A stretch of 64,000 nt of DNA from Oikopleura dioica (lineage: Eukaryota > Animalia > Chordata): assembly GCA_907165135.1 (NCBI GenBank), contig OU015568.1, positions 13,826,001 to 13,890,000 of the forward strand, written 5' to 3'. The first letter of the stretch is position 1; every line of letters starts with the position of its first letter. This document shows, one piece after another, positions 10,943 through 24,761 of the stretch. The notes below the pieces were generated by a model. That model searched no databases. It saw only the letters and a program-made list of their open reading frames with translations, and was not told the DNA's origin. Position numbers and translations under genes: made by a program.

Positions 10943-13080
10943 ATGACGGATCCAGGAGAATGTGTCCAGGATGGATTTCAAATCACTTGCTTGACTTATT
11001 ATAACTTTACGGTTGCTGATTATATCATTTTTTCCTTTATGTTGGTCATATCTGCAGCTGTTGGAGTATTTTTCGCTTACAGGTCACGAAATACTGAGAC
11101 AGTAGAAGACTATCTTCTAGGAAACGGTCGGACCCTTTTCTTATTAAAATTGAATGATAAGCTAGAAAAACCGTAAAATAGCCGGTCGAACAATGCATTT
11201 CTTTCCAACTTCCTTGTCAATTATGTGCACAGCTCTGTCGGCGATTACGATTCTAGGTACTCCGTCGGAGTTCTATCTCTACGGTGGAATGTATATTTGG
11301 GCAGTGGCATGCTTTTTCATCAATCTCACTTTATCTGCCGAAATATTTGTTCCAATTTTTTATAAATTGAAGATACGCAGTACGTATGAATTCCTCGAGC
11401 TTCGATTTCATCCGATAACGAGAAAAGTGACTATGGGGCTTTTTCTTCTTGCCACGGTCGTTTCTACTGGAGTTGCAATCTATGCACCTGCCACAGCCAT
11501 CTCAGCAGTGACATCGATGGATTTGAATCTGGCGATATTGTCGTGTGGAATTGTCTGCGTTTTTTATACGACGTTAGGAGGAATGAAAGCTGTAGTTTGG
11601 ACTGATGCTGTTCAGGTAATTCTTACATCAAGACAGCCTAAGTAATCTTTGAAGTCTGTGTGGATGATTTCCGGGCTTCTCGCAGTAACGATCTACTCCG
11701 CTGTTAACATCGGTTATGATGAAATCTGGCAAAAGGCAAAGGACACAGGCCGGACAGAGTTTTTCGTCACCTCATGGAATCCAACAGTGAGAAATAGTAT
11801 CCAAGCATTTTTGATTGGAAAAACATTTGGGTTGGATGGTTACTCTTTCTGTGTAAGTCAGAACTTTGTTCAACGATTTCTTGCATGTAAAAGTTTGGGT
11901 CATGCTAAAGGCTCGGCGTATATGTCTGTTGTCTGGTTTGCAACGATCATTACTTTTTGTTTGACGAGTGGTTTTGCTTTGATTATCTACTACGAGCTTT
12001 GCGATCCAGCTGCTGCGGGCTTTTTAGAAACGACCGATCAACTAATGCCCTGGCTTACTACTTACATATTTCAAGAAAACGCGGGAGTGAGCGCGATCTA
12101 TGTCTCTGGCGCATTTGCCGCATCATTGAGTACTGTCAGTTCCGCACTTTCTAGCATGGCGAATGCCTTGGTCTCCGACTATTTATTCAAATGGACTAAT
12201 AAGTTGTCCGAAAACAAGCAACTTATAATTTGCAAATCGATTGTTTTGATCCTTGGCGGTTGTTGTATTGGATTCGCGTACATGGCAGCTTCGCTTCGCG
12301 GTGGTATTTTAGAAGCAGCCCTCGCTATTCCCGCTATTGTTGGAGGACCCACGTGGGGAGTGTTTTTGCTTGGTGTTTTCTTCCCGTTTGTGGAGTTTAT
12401 TGGAGTCTCAGGTTGTCTTGTTTAAATATCTTACCTTCAACGATTCTTTAGTGGGTATGCTTTCTGGAGTCATTGTTTGCACCTGGATGTACGTTGGAAG
12501 AAATATCGCCCCGATTCCAACAGAAATTATCGAACTTGCTGGCAAGTTGGAAGTCAACACCGATCAATGCATGTATGAAAATGGAACCATGTACCCTGGA
12601 AGTGATGCTCAGCCTGAATACGTTGAGAACACACCGTAAGTAGCGAGTTTTCGTGAATTGGTTCTGGGATGTTTTAGGTTGCTTTCGTTCTATAATATTT
12701 CTGTTCATTACATTGGAACTCTTGGCTTTGGTACGACAGTAGTTTTCACGCTTTTGACCAGCTCAATTGTCCATTTTCTTGTAAAAGGAAGAAAATACAA
12801 GTAAGCCGCAATTTAGAAATAGAAATTCTTAGCCACAACATCAAAATTAAGCTTGAAACAGCGAGATCCGCGTCTTCATTGTCATCATCTTTCAAACCTA
12901 TGGCGTTTTATCACCCGTAACGAGGTCAGAAGCGAAGATGATGATTTCTGGATTTTGCCTGACGCCGAAAAACATGCCGTAACAAACTCCGACCTCTCTC
13001 CGGCCGAAGAAAGACCTTCAACGACGAGTAAATCCTCAAAGAACATAGTGTTCCCCGAAGAAGTGCAAACTGATTTCTAA
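10943..13080 (+). CDS. Sodium:solute symporter of the SLC5A6/SLC5A8/SLC5A12 group
   Basis: DYIIFSFMLVISAAVGVFFA, SAITILGTPSE, YEFLELRF, YTTLGGMKAVVWTD, SQNFVQRFLACKS, SLSTVSSALSS, GGPTWGVFLLG; many TM segments. Confidence 0.93.
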
Positions 13081-13329
13081 ATCTGTTGTCTTCTATGTAT
13101 TCAAATATTTTTACGCAATTTAAGAATAAAGAATCAATTTAAAACTTTGTATTCCTCAGTAAAAAGGTAAAAAAAGCAAGAAAGAAAGAAATTAGAAAAT
13201 TAAAATAATCATAATTGAAGAAGGAAATTTTCATTTTTTACCACGACGATTTTTGTCATACTTGACCTCAGGTCTTTTTGAAGACCGTCAACAGTCTCGA
13301 AAAATCCCCATGTTTGCGAATTGACGCTC

Positions 13330-14452
13330 TTAGGCAGTAATGCGATAGACTTGTATGAGAATGACAATAGCAACAATGGCAAAGAGTAATTTTAGAAGAT
13401 TGCGGAGGGTTTGGCGCTTGATTTTTTGGGTGAATTCGGTCTTCGAGTATTCTTCGAAGAGCTCGCCTCTTGTGTTTTTTCGTGGAATGGGTTCGTTGGG
13501 AATCTTAAATGTATTTCATAAATCTGGACTTTTTCTAACATTATCTTTTTGGACATCTAAAACAGCGCCTAAATCTTACCGGAACTTGAAGAAATTTGCA
13601 AAGTGGCTCCCAGCCATCCTTAATGTTCCAAATGAGAAGCTTGTCATCCGGTACGACGGATTTCACGTAAATTATATGGCTCAGGTAACGCTGTTTCATG
13701 ATACGCTTATTTGCAAGGAATCGGTTGGATAAGGCCTTTTGCTCGAAGCAGCAATCGACGCCGAACATAATCCTCACCGAGTGTATTCCTAAAACACAAG
13801 TTTACTTTCAAGAAAGAAAGGAATGTTGCTTACCAATTCTGACCATTTCGTAAATTTCTTTGCCAAAGAATCCGTGCCACGCCAAATGTGTCGCTACGTT
13901 TACAGCGATGCCTTTGAAGTTTTGCTCAAAGAAATTGATCCACGACTCGTACCAAACATGTTCATTATCTCGAACGGTGAGAACGACCTGAAAAAAGAAA
14001 GCTACGCGCGAGAATTTACTTGACGCATTCTGTGAGCAAAATGCGGTCAATGCAAGATTTATCTTGTTTTTGGTTCTTGCTAAAGAAAGAGACATTTACC
14101 AAAGAGCGGAAAAATTTGAAAGGGAAAACTATGGACTCTACTGTATTTACGAAAACAATTCAAGCGACAGGTTAATGATGGATAGCAATTTTACCTTTCC
14201 TTCCCCGTTTGCTCTCCAAAGCTCCTCCCAATAAATATTTCCGGGGAAGTCCTGGTTGGTGTCAAAGTTGTTTCTCTCATATGCATCCAAAACCTTCTTA
14301 ATGGAGCCCCTTCCTTCCATGTACTCGAGCCACTCCTCAGTCAGGAACTCGCATGTCTCAATGTAATCAGCCACGCGAAAGCCCAGTTTTTCAAAAGCAG
14401 CAGAAGCCGATTTCGAAGCAGTTTTCGGAAAACCAGCGCAGATGAATTTCAT
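13330..14452 (-). CDS. P-loop sulfotransferase-like protein (Sulfotransfer_4 type) with C-terminal membrane anchor
   Basis: ICAGFPKTASKS at the N-terminus, DFPGNIYWEEL, KVVLTVRD..W..SW, LLIWNIKDGWEPLCKFL..P.P..N, and C-terminal hydrophobic LLFAIVAIVILIQVY. Confidence 0.85.
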
Positions 14453-16482
14453 TCTTAGAAAATAAATTATTTTGAAATAATTTTGAGTTAAAGGCGATCA
14501 GCCGTAGAAGATCCCAGAGTTCTCTTTGATCGGGTTTATATCTAGATAATTTTTATTGCTTCGTCACTAACAGATAGACCGGCTTTCTGATCGGAAAGTG
14601 ATGAATAGGATCAACGACTTCACAAATTTACTCGATTTATTTTTCGAAAAAATCTCTTGATGTCAGTACATCAAAGTTGAAGGACTGGAACTTACTTGTG
14701 TGGCATTTTATTATTTGCTTCATCTTTTATGTCTATCAAACAGTAGTCCGCGTTTTCCATTTCAGAATTACAGTGCGCCGATTTCTCGATTTCGAAAGTT
14801 ATGAAAATTTCAATCTCTGTCCGGATTGCAATTTCTAGCCACGGTCGGATGCATTCCTGTGCAAATAGTGCGGAAAATTGTAGTGCGGGGATTGTGCGCG
14901 CGAAGTTTTATCACTTTTGGCATAAAATCAAAAGATTCAATCGTTGCCCGCTCTTTGGTGGTACCAGTTCTATCATAAAAAGGATCTCAAAAGGCAGATC
15001 ATAATCCGCAGTTATTATTTGAATTCTTCAATTGAACATTTGTTTAGTTAAAAACCTGTTAAGAAGCCCTTCGATGTTTCTTCTTCCGACCTTCTCTTAG
15101 TTTTTAACCATGCATTTTTTATCCCAACAAACCTCGAACAAAAGTCCTATTGTTTCGTGATTATGAAAAAATTGAAAAAAAAATTTCGGAAACAAACGAT
15201 TCTTGGCCGCTCAACTCTCTTCTCTCCGGGAATCAGCAAAGTTCAATCTCAAGTAATGTGGACCCGTGCCCGCAGCTGATCAATATTATGAAGTTAAAAT
15301 TCTATATTTAGAGCTCTGATCAAATGTCAGGACTTTTACATTATCATAAAATTAACATACGGTACCTCGATAGTTGAATGATCCCAGAAAGAAAATCGTG
15401 ATTGATTTAATAGAGCTCTCGAGAATCACTTCTGCTGTAGCAACTTCGCTGTTCTCCGGATGCTACTTTCTTCTTTTCTTCCTCGGGGAGAAATCCGGTC
15501 TTGGAGAATGTGTGAAAAAAGAATTGTCACGCTGTTCGAGCGTGCCCCTTTTCGCCTTTGACAAGCAGTATCCATGCCTCCCAGGTTTCTGCCCATTCTG
15601 AGAACATTAATTAATAATTGCTCAGTTTGACTTACTGTTTAACTATCGCGTAAGTATGGATAATGACGTGACGATTCCTTGGAAATGAATGAGTAGTTCT
15701 ACATTTGCGAAAGAAGCGGCCCTGTTTGTTCTGTCTGGCGATTACCTTCGATTAATTTTATGAATTTATCTTATTGTTTTGCAAAATACCGTTAGATGGA
15801 TGGAGATCCAGGTTATATTAGGTCATAATAAACAGTTCAGTGACGCATGATTACAATATCATTCCCTCAAAAACTCCTTTCACCACCATTCTAGCACTTT
15901 CTTAGACAGCGAGACCCCCTGACAAGCGCTCGACACATCTCAGAGGGCGCCAACGAGCGCCGCGCGAAACCTCCGATAGCGCGTCGATGGTTGAGGTCTT
16001 TGCACAATCGGAAATTTTTCGACTTTTTGAAGATTTTTACTTTTTAAAAGAGAGAATATCCAGGCGATTTTGCTGAGGTAAGCTATCGGTAGAATCAATG
16101 AATTTGAAATGTTACGTAAAGAAAAGGAGACATTCCGAGAAAGATCAATTTGTTTCAATGTCAGTTTTACGCAGCGATAAATCTACGTCAAGTGTTTGAG
16201 AAGCGTGCATAAGAAAGCAAAGAATGATCAACGCACGTTCCACTTTATTTTTGCACTTCAAATAATTCTGAATATTGATGACTCAGGTTTTACTAAGACC
16301 AATTTGTTTGTAAATAAGGGAAGTTTACAACACGTTTAATCCCCGGATGCTTCCACTGGGGTTTACTACTAGCGTATTTTTCCGGCTTAGATGTCTCTTT
16401 CTGAATAAACTTGTCAGCCAAAATGTGCGAGATAAGAGATATTTTTCAAATATGATTTCTGATATGATTTTAGGACGGTCAA

Positions 16483-19400
16483 ATGCGTTGTAAATTTTTG
16501 CTGCTCGCCCTGCTGGGTCTCGTTTGTGGACAATTTGGGAGTTCAAGCTCATCCCTCCTCCTCCGTAGCCTCGTCGAGAGCTTAGAGCGCAACCTTGTTG
16601 CAAAAATTGAACACGTCGAGCGGGTACTTAGAGATGATCTCGAAATCCTGGACGATAAAATATCAACTTTCGAGGATGAACTTCACGACTTGAAAAAGAC
16701 CCAATCGGAGCTGGAGACGCATGTCGAGTCGAACTCGGCGAAATTGGATGGCGTTGAGGGCAAGATCCAGGCTGCTGGAAATCAGTTGGCTGACCAGTTC
16801 ATGGACAATATCAACATCGTCGGCATGTCTGTCACCCAGTTGAGCGACAGAACTCAAATTACAGAGGATTTAATCAAAGACAGCCGCTCAAGAATCGATG
16901 ATTTAGAACAAGCCTCTTCAAGCATCCGGTCAAGAACGGAGCGACTCGAAGCTTCAGCTGAACAACTCGAATTGCGACCAGAAGACATCACTAAAATTCT
17001 CACTGCTGTTGAAGAGCACATGGGTGGTGCAACTGCTTTCGAACTCGAGTCCAGAATCGGCGATTTAGAATTAAGATGGGATGGAAATGTCGACGAGAAA
17101 ATCGAAAACGTGACAGTTATTTTCGACAAGCGTCTCGAAGAAATGGCCACAGAGACCATCGGAACTATCCAAGAAGATCTGACAAAGATTTCAACCAAAA
17201 CTGACACGCTCCAAACATCGGTCGAGACTTCGGTTGCAGACTTGTCGGTGCGAGTTGAAACTGCGGTCGCGCAAAGCGGCGCGCTTGGAGACGCTTTAGC
17301 TGGAACATTTCAGCAGTACGCTTCGCTCAGCTCCCAGATTTACCAACTAAGCAGCGACGTAGACCTCAAGGTGGCCACAGTGCAGGATCAATTCACAGAT
17401 CTCAATCAGACCATTGAACTCCTTGGCTCGACGATGGAGTCGATTCTTGAAGAAGGCGCTGCTACTGCTGAATTTTACGAAATCAAAGCGAAGGTTCTTG
17501 AACAAGAACTAAGCTCGAGCGCGTTTGAATTGAGAATCAATACCAAACTCGATGAGTTTGCTCAGAGAAGCGACTCCGTTCAGCAAGAAATTTCGAATAT
17601 GCAGACGTACCAAGAAGAAGCAGGAAGCCGACAGCAGCGACTTTGGGATGAGTCCGCAAACTTTACAAAGACTTTCAAAGATTTCATTGTCGAAACAAAC
17701 GAACACATTACGGATTTGACCTCGAGATCAGCAATGTCGAGCGAGAAGTTGACTCAGGTAAACAGGATTAACCACAAAATTGTGTTTGAAAGACTCAAAA
17801 TGAAACAACTCGCAAACCGTTATTCAAGGCATACAACATGGCCGAATCCGCCAAAAATGGAATCAAGAATGCCATCCGAAAAGCCGACGCCGCTGACAAC
17901 TCAAAGGAAGTTTCAAGTCTTAGGTCCTCCTTGTCGAATTTGGAAAAGAGGTAAGCTCGATTAAAAAATCTTCAGATAAGAAGACCGGAGAACTGGAGGC
18001 AACACTTTCCGTTCTTAGCAGTAATCTAACCACCGTTGGGCCAATCGTGGCAGAGAATACAGAAGCTGCCAAGGATATCAGACGAATGAAGGTATTTATA
18101 AAATATAGAGTACACTTATCTAATCACGTTGCGTAAGATTGATATCGACACTCTTCGCCGCAATCTGCAGTTCCAGGCCGCAAGAATTTCGGGTGGCGAT
18201 TTGGGAGCACGAGTCGGCGGGGAAAGTACCGGAGCTTCTTCCGAAGAAATCGAAAATTTGAAAGCTCATATTGACTCCATTGACGGCCAAATCGACAGCA
18301 TTCAGGTGGGTACAATCGAAATAAGTTGTGAATTTAAATTTATATTCAGGATGATATCGACCGAGTTGAGAGCAAATCTGACGCAACTAGCTCAGCGTTG
18401 AAGGAGTTCCAGATTCGAAGTGCTGCGGCCACGAGCTCACTTGAAAACACAATCGGTAAGGTGTCCAATTCATTCAATTGAAACCCTTCGTTGTAGAAGC
18501 TCAAGGAAATAAGTGCTTCGCGGGGCTCAATGAGCAAGGACAAATTCTCAACACCGTGAGATTGTCTGTCAAGGAAATCTCCGACGATCTCTTTGAAGAG
18601 CAAACTTCCGCATCGAAGAAGTTCGAATCCGTCGAGGAGAAAATCTCAAACTTTGATTCAAAGGTACTTGTCTAAAGAGACTCTTATCGCTAATCCAATC
18701 CAGGTCGATGAGTTTGGGCGCACGCAGCAGTCATTGTCAAGCTCCGTTTCCAATTTCCGACAAGATGTGGAGATCTCCATCGCTGGTTACCTCACCTCCT
18801 TCACTCAATACATAGGTAACCTATTTTTCTATTTTGGCCATCTGGTGCTTACGCAACTAAACCGCGGGCATCAAACAAATAAGAGTTAGAAAAATCATTA
18901 GAAATGCTTTAATGATTCTTTATCTTCGCTTTCTTTGTTTGATAAATTCATACACGTCTTAAACATTTCAAACGTGAGCGGTCTTGAGAGCCAAGTGAGA
19001 TGGATTGGATAATCGCCGTGCCACCTGGAAAGAGGACCAGTTTAATCATGTTCTTTGCGTTTAGAAAAACGGCAGCGAGGAACTCACACAACGTTACGAT
19101 ACGTGGCTTCGAACAAGGACGTTTATTCTTCGCTAGAAGATGCCTCGAGGATTCTCCCATTCAACGATGTTGTCACTGATAGCAACGGTACAAACTTTAT
19201 TAAACAACTTTCGAAATCTAAAACCTAAGATATGAAAATAACGACTTAGAGTAAGGGCTTACCTGAGAGTCTTAGAAAACCTCAATTTCAGTAAATGGAG
19301 CGCTAATCGCAACCAAATTTAGGATCCGCAAATGGCTCGGGTATCAGCATTCCATCCGATGGGCAGTATGTTATTAGCGCGACGGTTACGACTGTCAAGG

Positions 19401-19655
19401 GCTCAGTTATCTTTGTCCAAGTCCTCAATACCAGCGGAGAAGGTACATTACTCGTTTATAAACCGCTCTCTAAAATATTCGTGAATAGTTCGAGAAACTG
19501 TTCGTCTCTACGAAGGAAGCTGGTCTGCCGCAGGAAACAGCATCGTAATGGATCTCGTTCGAGGCGATACAGTAATGATCGCCCTCTCCGAGAATGGCAA
19601 GGTCGTCGATGGAATCTACAACTACTTCACTGTTTCGTTGGCCGAGCCAGCGTAA
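16483..19655 (+). CDS. Secreted long coiled-coil protein with C-terminal C1q/TNF-like globular domain (EMILIN/multimerin-like architecture)
   Basis: Signal peptide MRCKFLLLALLGLVCG, more than 700 aa of heptad-rich sequence, then ILPFNDVVTD..ISIPSDGQYVISATV..TASVMDLVRGDTVMIAL..YNYFTVSL. Confidence 0.75.
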
Positions 19656-19949
19656 GCAATTCGATTTCATCAGACTGGAATTTCGCGGACACCTCATAAT
19701 TCTGATCACTTTTACATTTCCCAAAATTAAAGCAAATTTTAATTTTCGAAACGCCTCGCTACGAGATAATCGAACCGAGATATTCGTAGAAATCGGCTGC
19801 TACTGTATATAGAAATTATTTGACTGTAAATAAAACTCGAAAATACTTAAAAAAATATAATGTATTTTATTCATGACAAAAACAGGAGAGACCAAAATTT
19901 TTATGAAGAGCTTTTGGCAGATTGGATAGAATCGATGAATCGAGAGTAT

Positions 19950-22900
19950 CTAAGCTTTCAGGAGAGCATGAATAAAGGAGTCGTCAGATTCGTCAGTTTT
20001 TTCTGTATCTGTAAGATCCTCCGAAGAAGAGTCCAAAAACGAAAAGGGATCATCTAAAATCATGCCATGCGAAGTCAGAAATAGTAAGTGAACCTTTGAT
20101 TGTGATTGAATTCATGAAACTTTTTAGTCCATCATACTCAGCATCGGCCTTTTCAATCTCACGCTCAGCATCTTTGATCTTGTCTTCAGCTTCCTTGACC
20201 CTGGCGATGGCTTCTTCTTTCTAAAAACCAAATGGTAAAAACATGATCCCTTTTTTATCTAGAAATCACGATTCTATAAGTGATATTGTATGACCATAGT
20301 ATTTGTCAATGCAAATTAAAAATCAATCAAACACAATGAAATTCATCGAGTGCAGAAATATATTTACAGGAATGTACAAATGTAATTATTCAGAAATAGA
20401 ACAGTCTGTTGAGTTTCCAAATGTCGACTCCAAAATGTTCCAAAAGTCTTCAATACTTCCTTCGCATCCGTCAAGGCAAAAGTTCTTATTCAATGCTTCT
20501 GGAAGTCGGTTGAAAGATAAATTGACAGCTTCCAAGCTTTCTCTTCCATCAGAAAAGGCACTTGGGCAAATTGTATCGATAAAGTTTTGGTCCAAATCGA
20601 GAATTTTCAACTCTGCATTCGCTGAGAACGTCCCGGGCAGGATAATCTGCAATTCATTCCTCCCGAGATCCAGCCAGGAGAGTTCTTCTAAGGACTGAAA
20701 CGTTTCCGGCTCCAGAGACTTGATCGAGTTTCGTCGCAATAGAATCTGCTTCAACGCTGTGCTGCGTGTAAACGCGTTGTCAGAAATGCTTGTGATTTGA
20801 GCACTCGAAGCATCCACGTATTCCAACTTCTGGTTGTTGTTGAAGTGACTGGATCAGGGGATAGAAAATTGTGAGTATTTAAGTTTGAGTGGAGCTTCAT
20901 CAAAGATGCCAATTAAGACGAAAATTAGAAGTCGATAACCTCGGATTAGTTTGAGCATTTTGAGTTGGCGAGAGTTGGAGAAATTGACTCAAATATTACT
21001 GTTTAATTTCAGCTTTACTCGACAAAAATGGCTTTCTTAAGATAGACAGTCATGTTTTATGCTAATAGAATTATGCGCGTTATTGATAAGCACTAGAAAG
21101 CTTATGCGTGAATATAAGATAAGCATCAGGTCATGTCAAGGCCAGAAAACAATCCCCTTTCCTGCTGCTGAGTCGGCCCACATTATTAAACTGCAAGAAG
21201 AGATATTCAAGGTTGGTAAGTGGAGCCAGCAATTCCGGATTGATGTTCGTAAAAGCAGCGCCCAGATCAAGTATTTTTACATTTGTTGCTCCGACGAAGA
21301 CGGTTTCCGGAAGTTTTACTCCATTATTTCCATGACCTTGAAATTAAAAAATTGAGTCATTTTCGCAAAATTGAATATTTTGCAAATTGGTTACTATGAA
21401 ATTTTCTCTCTTGCAGTACCTAAGGAGATGACTTCGAGGTTACAATTTTTGGCGAACGTGGCTTCGTTCAATTTCGCGAGCTCATTGCCATGCAGCTGCA
21501 ACTCGCGGAGTGAAGTCAACGTGACCAGCGTCTCCTTCAGCTGCTTTTCATCGGTCATTCTGTTATTCGCCAGCTTCAGAGTCTAAAAAGTGACTGATGA
21601 GGAATGTCCTTACATCATCTCTTTTTTCTAAAGAAATTCTTGGGCGACTTACTTGAGTGTCTCCAGGAATGATGGTCTTGTCTAAAATGCTCGGGTTGTT
21701 CAAATTGGCGCAGTCCATTTCTTTCAAGGGCTGGACAAGAAGCACGTTGGCTAAGATCACTTGGAGCCTCGAGTGACCACAGTTATTCAACGTCTCTGCA
21801 CTCTAGTGTTTTAGTTAGCCGATCCTGAAGCCGATCTGAATATCGAGGCTGGCCGGTAATAGCATGGGAATGGCTTTGAAGTATCGGGCTCGTTGCACCG
21901 CGCGCCCGTCCATCCACGTTGGCAGGCATCACCTTCCGCTCGCGATTGATGCACTACAGGTAGGCAATTAAGACTCTTAGCTCTGCCTGGTGTTTAGCTT
22001 ACCGCATGTTCCATCGAGCATAGTGAAGCCGCACTTGCACACGCACTCGTAACCGGGGGATCTTTCGAGAGTTTTTGATCTGTATCACTTTATTTGTACC
22101 AATGATAGCGGCTCAAAACCTTGCCTATTGACGCAAAGTGCGTTTTCTCCACACACATCTCCTTTGTCGCACTCGTTGATGTCCTCGCAACTTTGAGAAA
22201 GATCCATGGTCCAATCACATTGCGACGGATTTGGGCACGCGCAGCTTCCAAACCGCGTCTTATCGAAGACCTTCCCTCCAAAACCCTGGCCCGGATCTGA
22301 GCAAGAGATCTTGCAACGTGTTCCCTTGCCGTACTTGTCCTTCTCCGCACAAGACGCCGTAACACCTTCAGGAATCTGCTCTTGCGTCAACCCAGGGCAG
22401 AAATTAACAGACTCGGCAGCTGAACATTTTGAATTTCAAATTCAAACGATGGGAATTCGCTTACGTTTGCAAAGAGGGGCCGCGGAATCGCCGACTGTAT
22501 CAAAAGGAAACGGCCGCCAGCTGCAGCCATTCCGCTTGCAAGTGCACTTGTGGCTGCTACTGCCGACCAGAGTGAATCCATCGTCACATTGATGCTCGCA
22601 GAGAGATCGTTTTTGCTAAAATAGAGTATCTCTAGTGACTTTCCTTTAGAAAAAAAACTAAAATTGAATCCCTTTTTAGTAAAAACAATATTATGAACTT
22701 GTTGTTGAACACTTGAAGTTCTTGTAGCTCAATTTGTGATGTCGCTAACCCCAATTAGTAGAGCTACTAATTTCAAGTACCACCAACACGATAAATATAA
22801 CTCTAAGCTGTCTAACAAATTATCTCTGTCAACAGGGCATAATTCAAAAAAACAAAAAAGAAACGCTTGAGATTCAGAATCTTCTCGGTATAATAAACTA

Positions 22901-24151
22901 TTACGAAAAAGGCACACCCTGTTGATTTCCAAATAAATTCGTTAAAATTATAAATAAGCTTACGTGATCGGCGTTGCAGTTCGAAGTTCCGTGCTCTAAC
23001 TCCATTGGAAAGCATCCAGGTGCTTAGAATGAATGTTAGTTAGATGGACACACGTTTGGGTAATTGCATCTTGAATTCAATTAACCCAGTTTGTTGTGTT
23101 AGCAAGCACCAAAATTGATTGTTCGTGACGTTAGAGAGGAGATTGTAAGTAAGTTGAATCAAAACACCAGACACTTATGAGATCACATGTGTCTAATCAT
23201 CACTCTCTAGTTACGGCAATTCTGATATAATGACACAAATAGAGTGGGTAACATATTGTTCACCGTTTTCATCGAACTTACTTCCTCGTCTGCCCATGTT
23301 GATTTTGTCAATCATGCTTTCACTCATTTCTAGGCCTAGATTTTTCGATTATTGAAAAATATAGATACAGAACTGTGATTTGCTACTAGAATCATTTAAC
23401 CCGACTCAATATTATTAAAGGAAGTCCGACCTTCAAATATGGACCCGCGTTAAATGATCCTAAGTAACTCGTAGACGCGTGGATAGTCGTAACTTCAGCG
23501 GAGACTAAAATTTCAAGCAGCGAGAATTCACGCTTATATAAAGGTATATAAGCGTAGCAAAAGCATGCAACAAAAGCTTCTATAAAAATGTACCTGAGAT
23601 ATCTGCACATGCACTTGGAACGTCAGGCGTAAGCTCGCACTGATCTCCAGTACAGGTGCAATTCTTCCGGACCTGCCCGAGACGCTGAAAGTTTTCGTTG
23701 CACGAGAGCGTACACTCCTGTTCCAAGGGCTCGACTTTATTTAAATTTGCCTGAGCATGTATTTTTTAAAGGACTTAGGCACTTCAAATGTTACGCAATG
23801 GGGGGAGGAAGTGGTTATAAGTATGCCGAACACTAATTCTGAGAGTGCCACATGTGCACAAAAATAAATTCTAAAGAATAATACCGTTAACATCAAATTA
23901 TTTTTAAGAATAATATCGAGCCCTAACTCAGTTTTATAGTTACAAAGCCAAGAGCCGTTTTCAACAAATGCAACTGCATCGCATTTTGAAAATTGTCTTC
24001 GTCCTCGACTTTTCCCTCGCTTTTTCTTACCATTTGTAGCAGCCATGAAAAACACATCTGTGGCTGACTTTTCTCCGGCTTGCAGTAGCTCGGCTTGTAA
24101 AGAAGACTGGGCTAAAACCGGCACTGAAGCCAGCAGCAGGTTGACAAGCAT
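19950..24151 (-). CDS. Secreted mosaic protein: sushi/CCP-like repeats, Ca-binding EGF, EGF, LRRs, coiled-coil/acidic tail (single-gene join inferred)
   Basis: Signal peptide MLVNLLLASVPVLA; CTLSCNENFQRLG, QCDDGFTLVGSSSHKCTC; CEDINECDKGDVCGENALCVN; CQRGWTGARC; LRRs LKQILLRRNSIKSL, LSWLDLGRNELQII; tail EAEDKIKDAEREIEKA. Confidence 0.6.
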
Positions 24152-24761
24152 CGTTTTCTCTTTTTTGGAAGATATTTTTTCTCGAGGAAGAAATTTCGAA
24201 AAGGCTCCGCGCGGGAAGAGCCGCTGAATTCGTGAAACCTCTGAGGGCGCGAGTGAGCGATTTGCGCTATCAGGGGGTCCGCGACGGCAAAGTACAATAG
24301 CGTGAAGTTATGAAGTTATCTCGTTAGGCCAGCTGCAATACAAGTTAACTGTTGAGAACATAAACATTTATTACGAGAACGTGAGAATTCTAACACGTTT
24401 TTATTAAAACTCAATTTGGGCCTGAATGTCTGAAAAAACGACTCAGACAGGATTTTTCTTGAGCTTTGCGAAACGATTGACGGAATTAGCTTATTCAATG
24501 TTTTTGAGTTACTGTAGTCAGCGCTTCGATTTAGCACTCCCATGCGCCCGCTGGTGAGTGCCGAACGAGATTTACGAAATTCGTCTTGAGCCTCAAGACA
24601 TGAGGCTTCCCCTCTTCGACAATTAGAACAAGAGCCCAGAGGATGATAGTCGATCGATAAATTTTATTCAAACAAGAAGAATCAATCAGTTGAAAGAGAT
24701 CTTACTCCGCTATTTTACTTTATTTCCCTGCATATAAACTGTAATTGCATTCAGAGTAACT

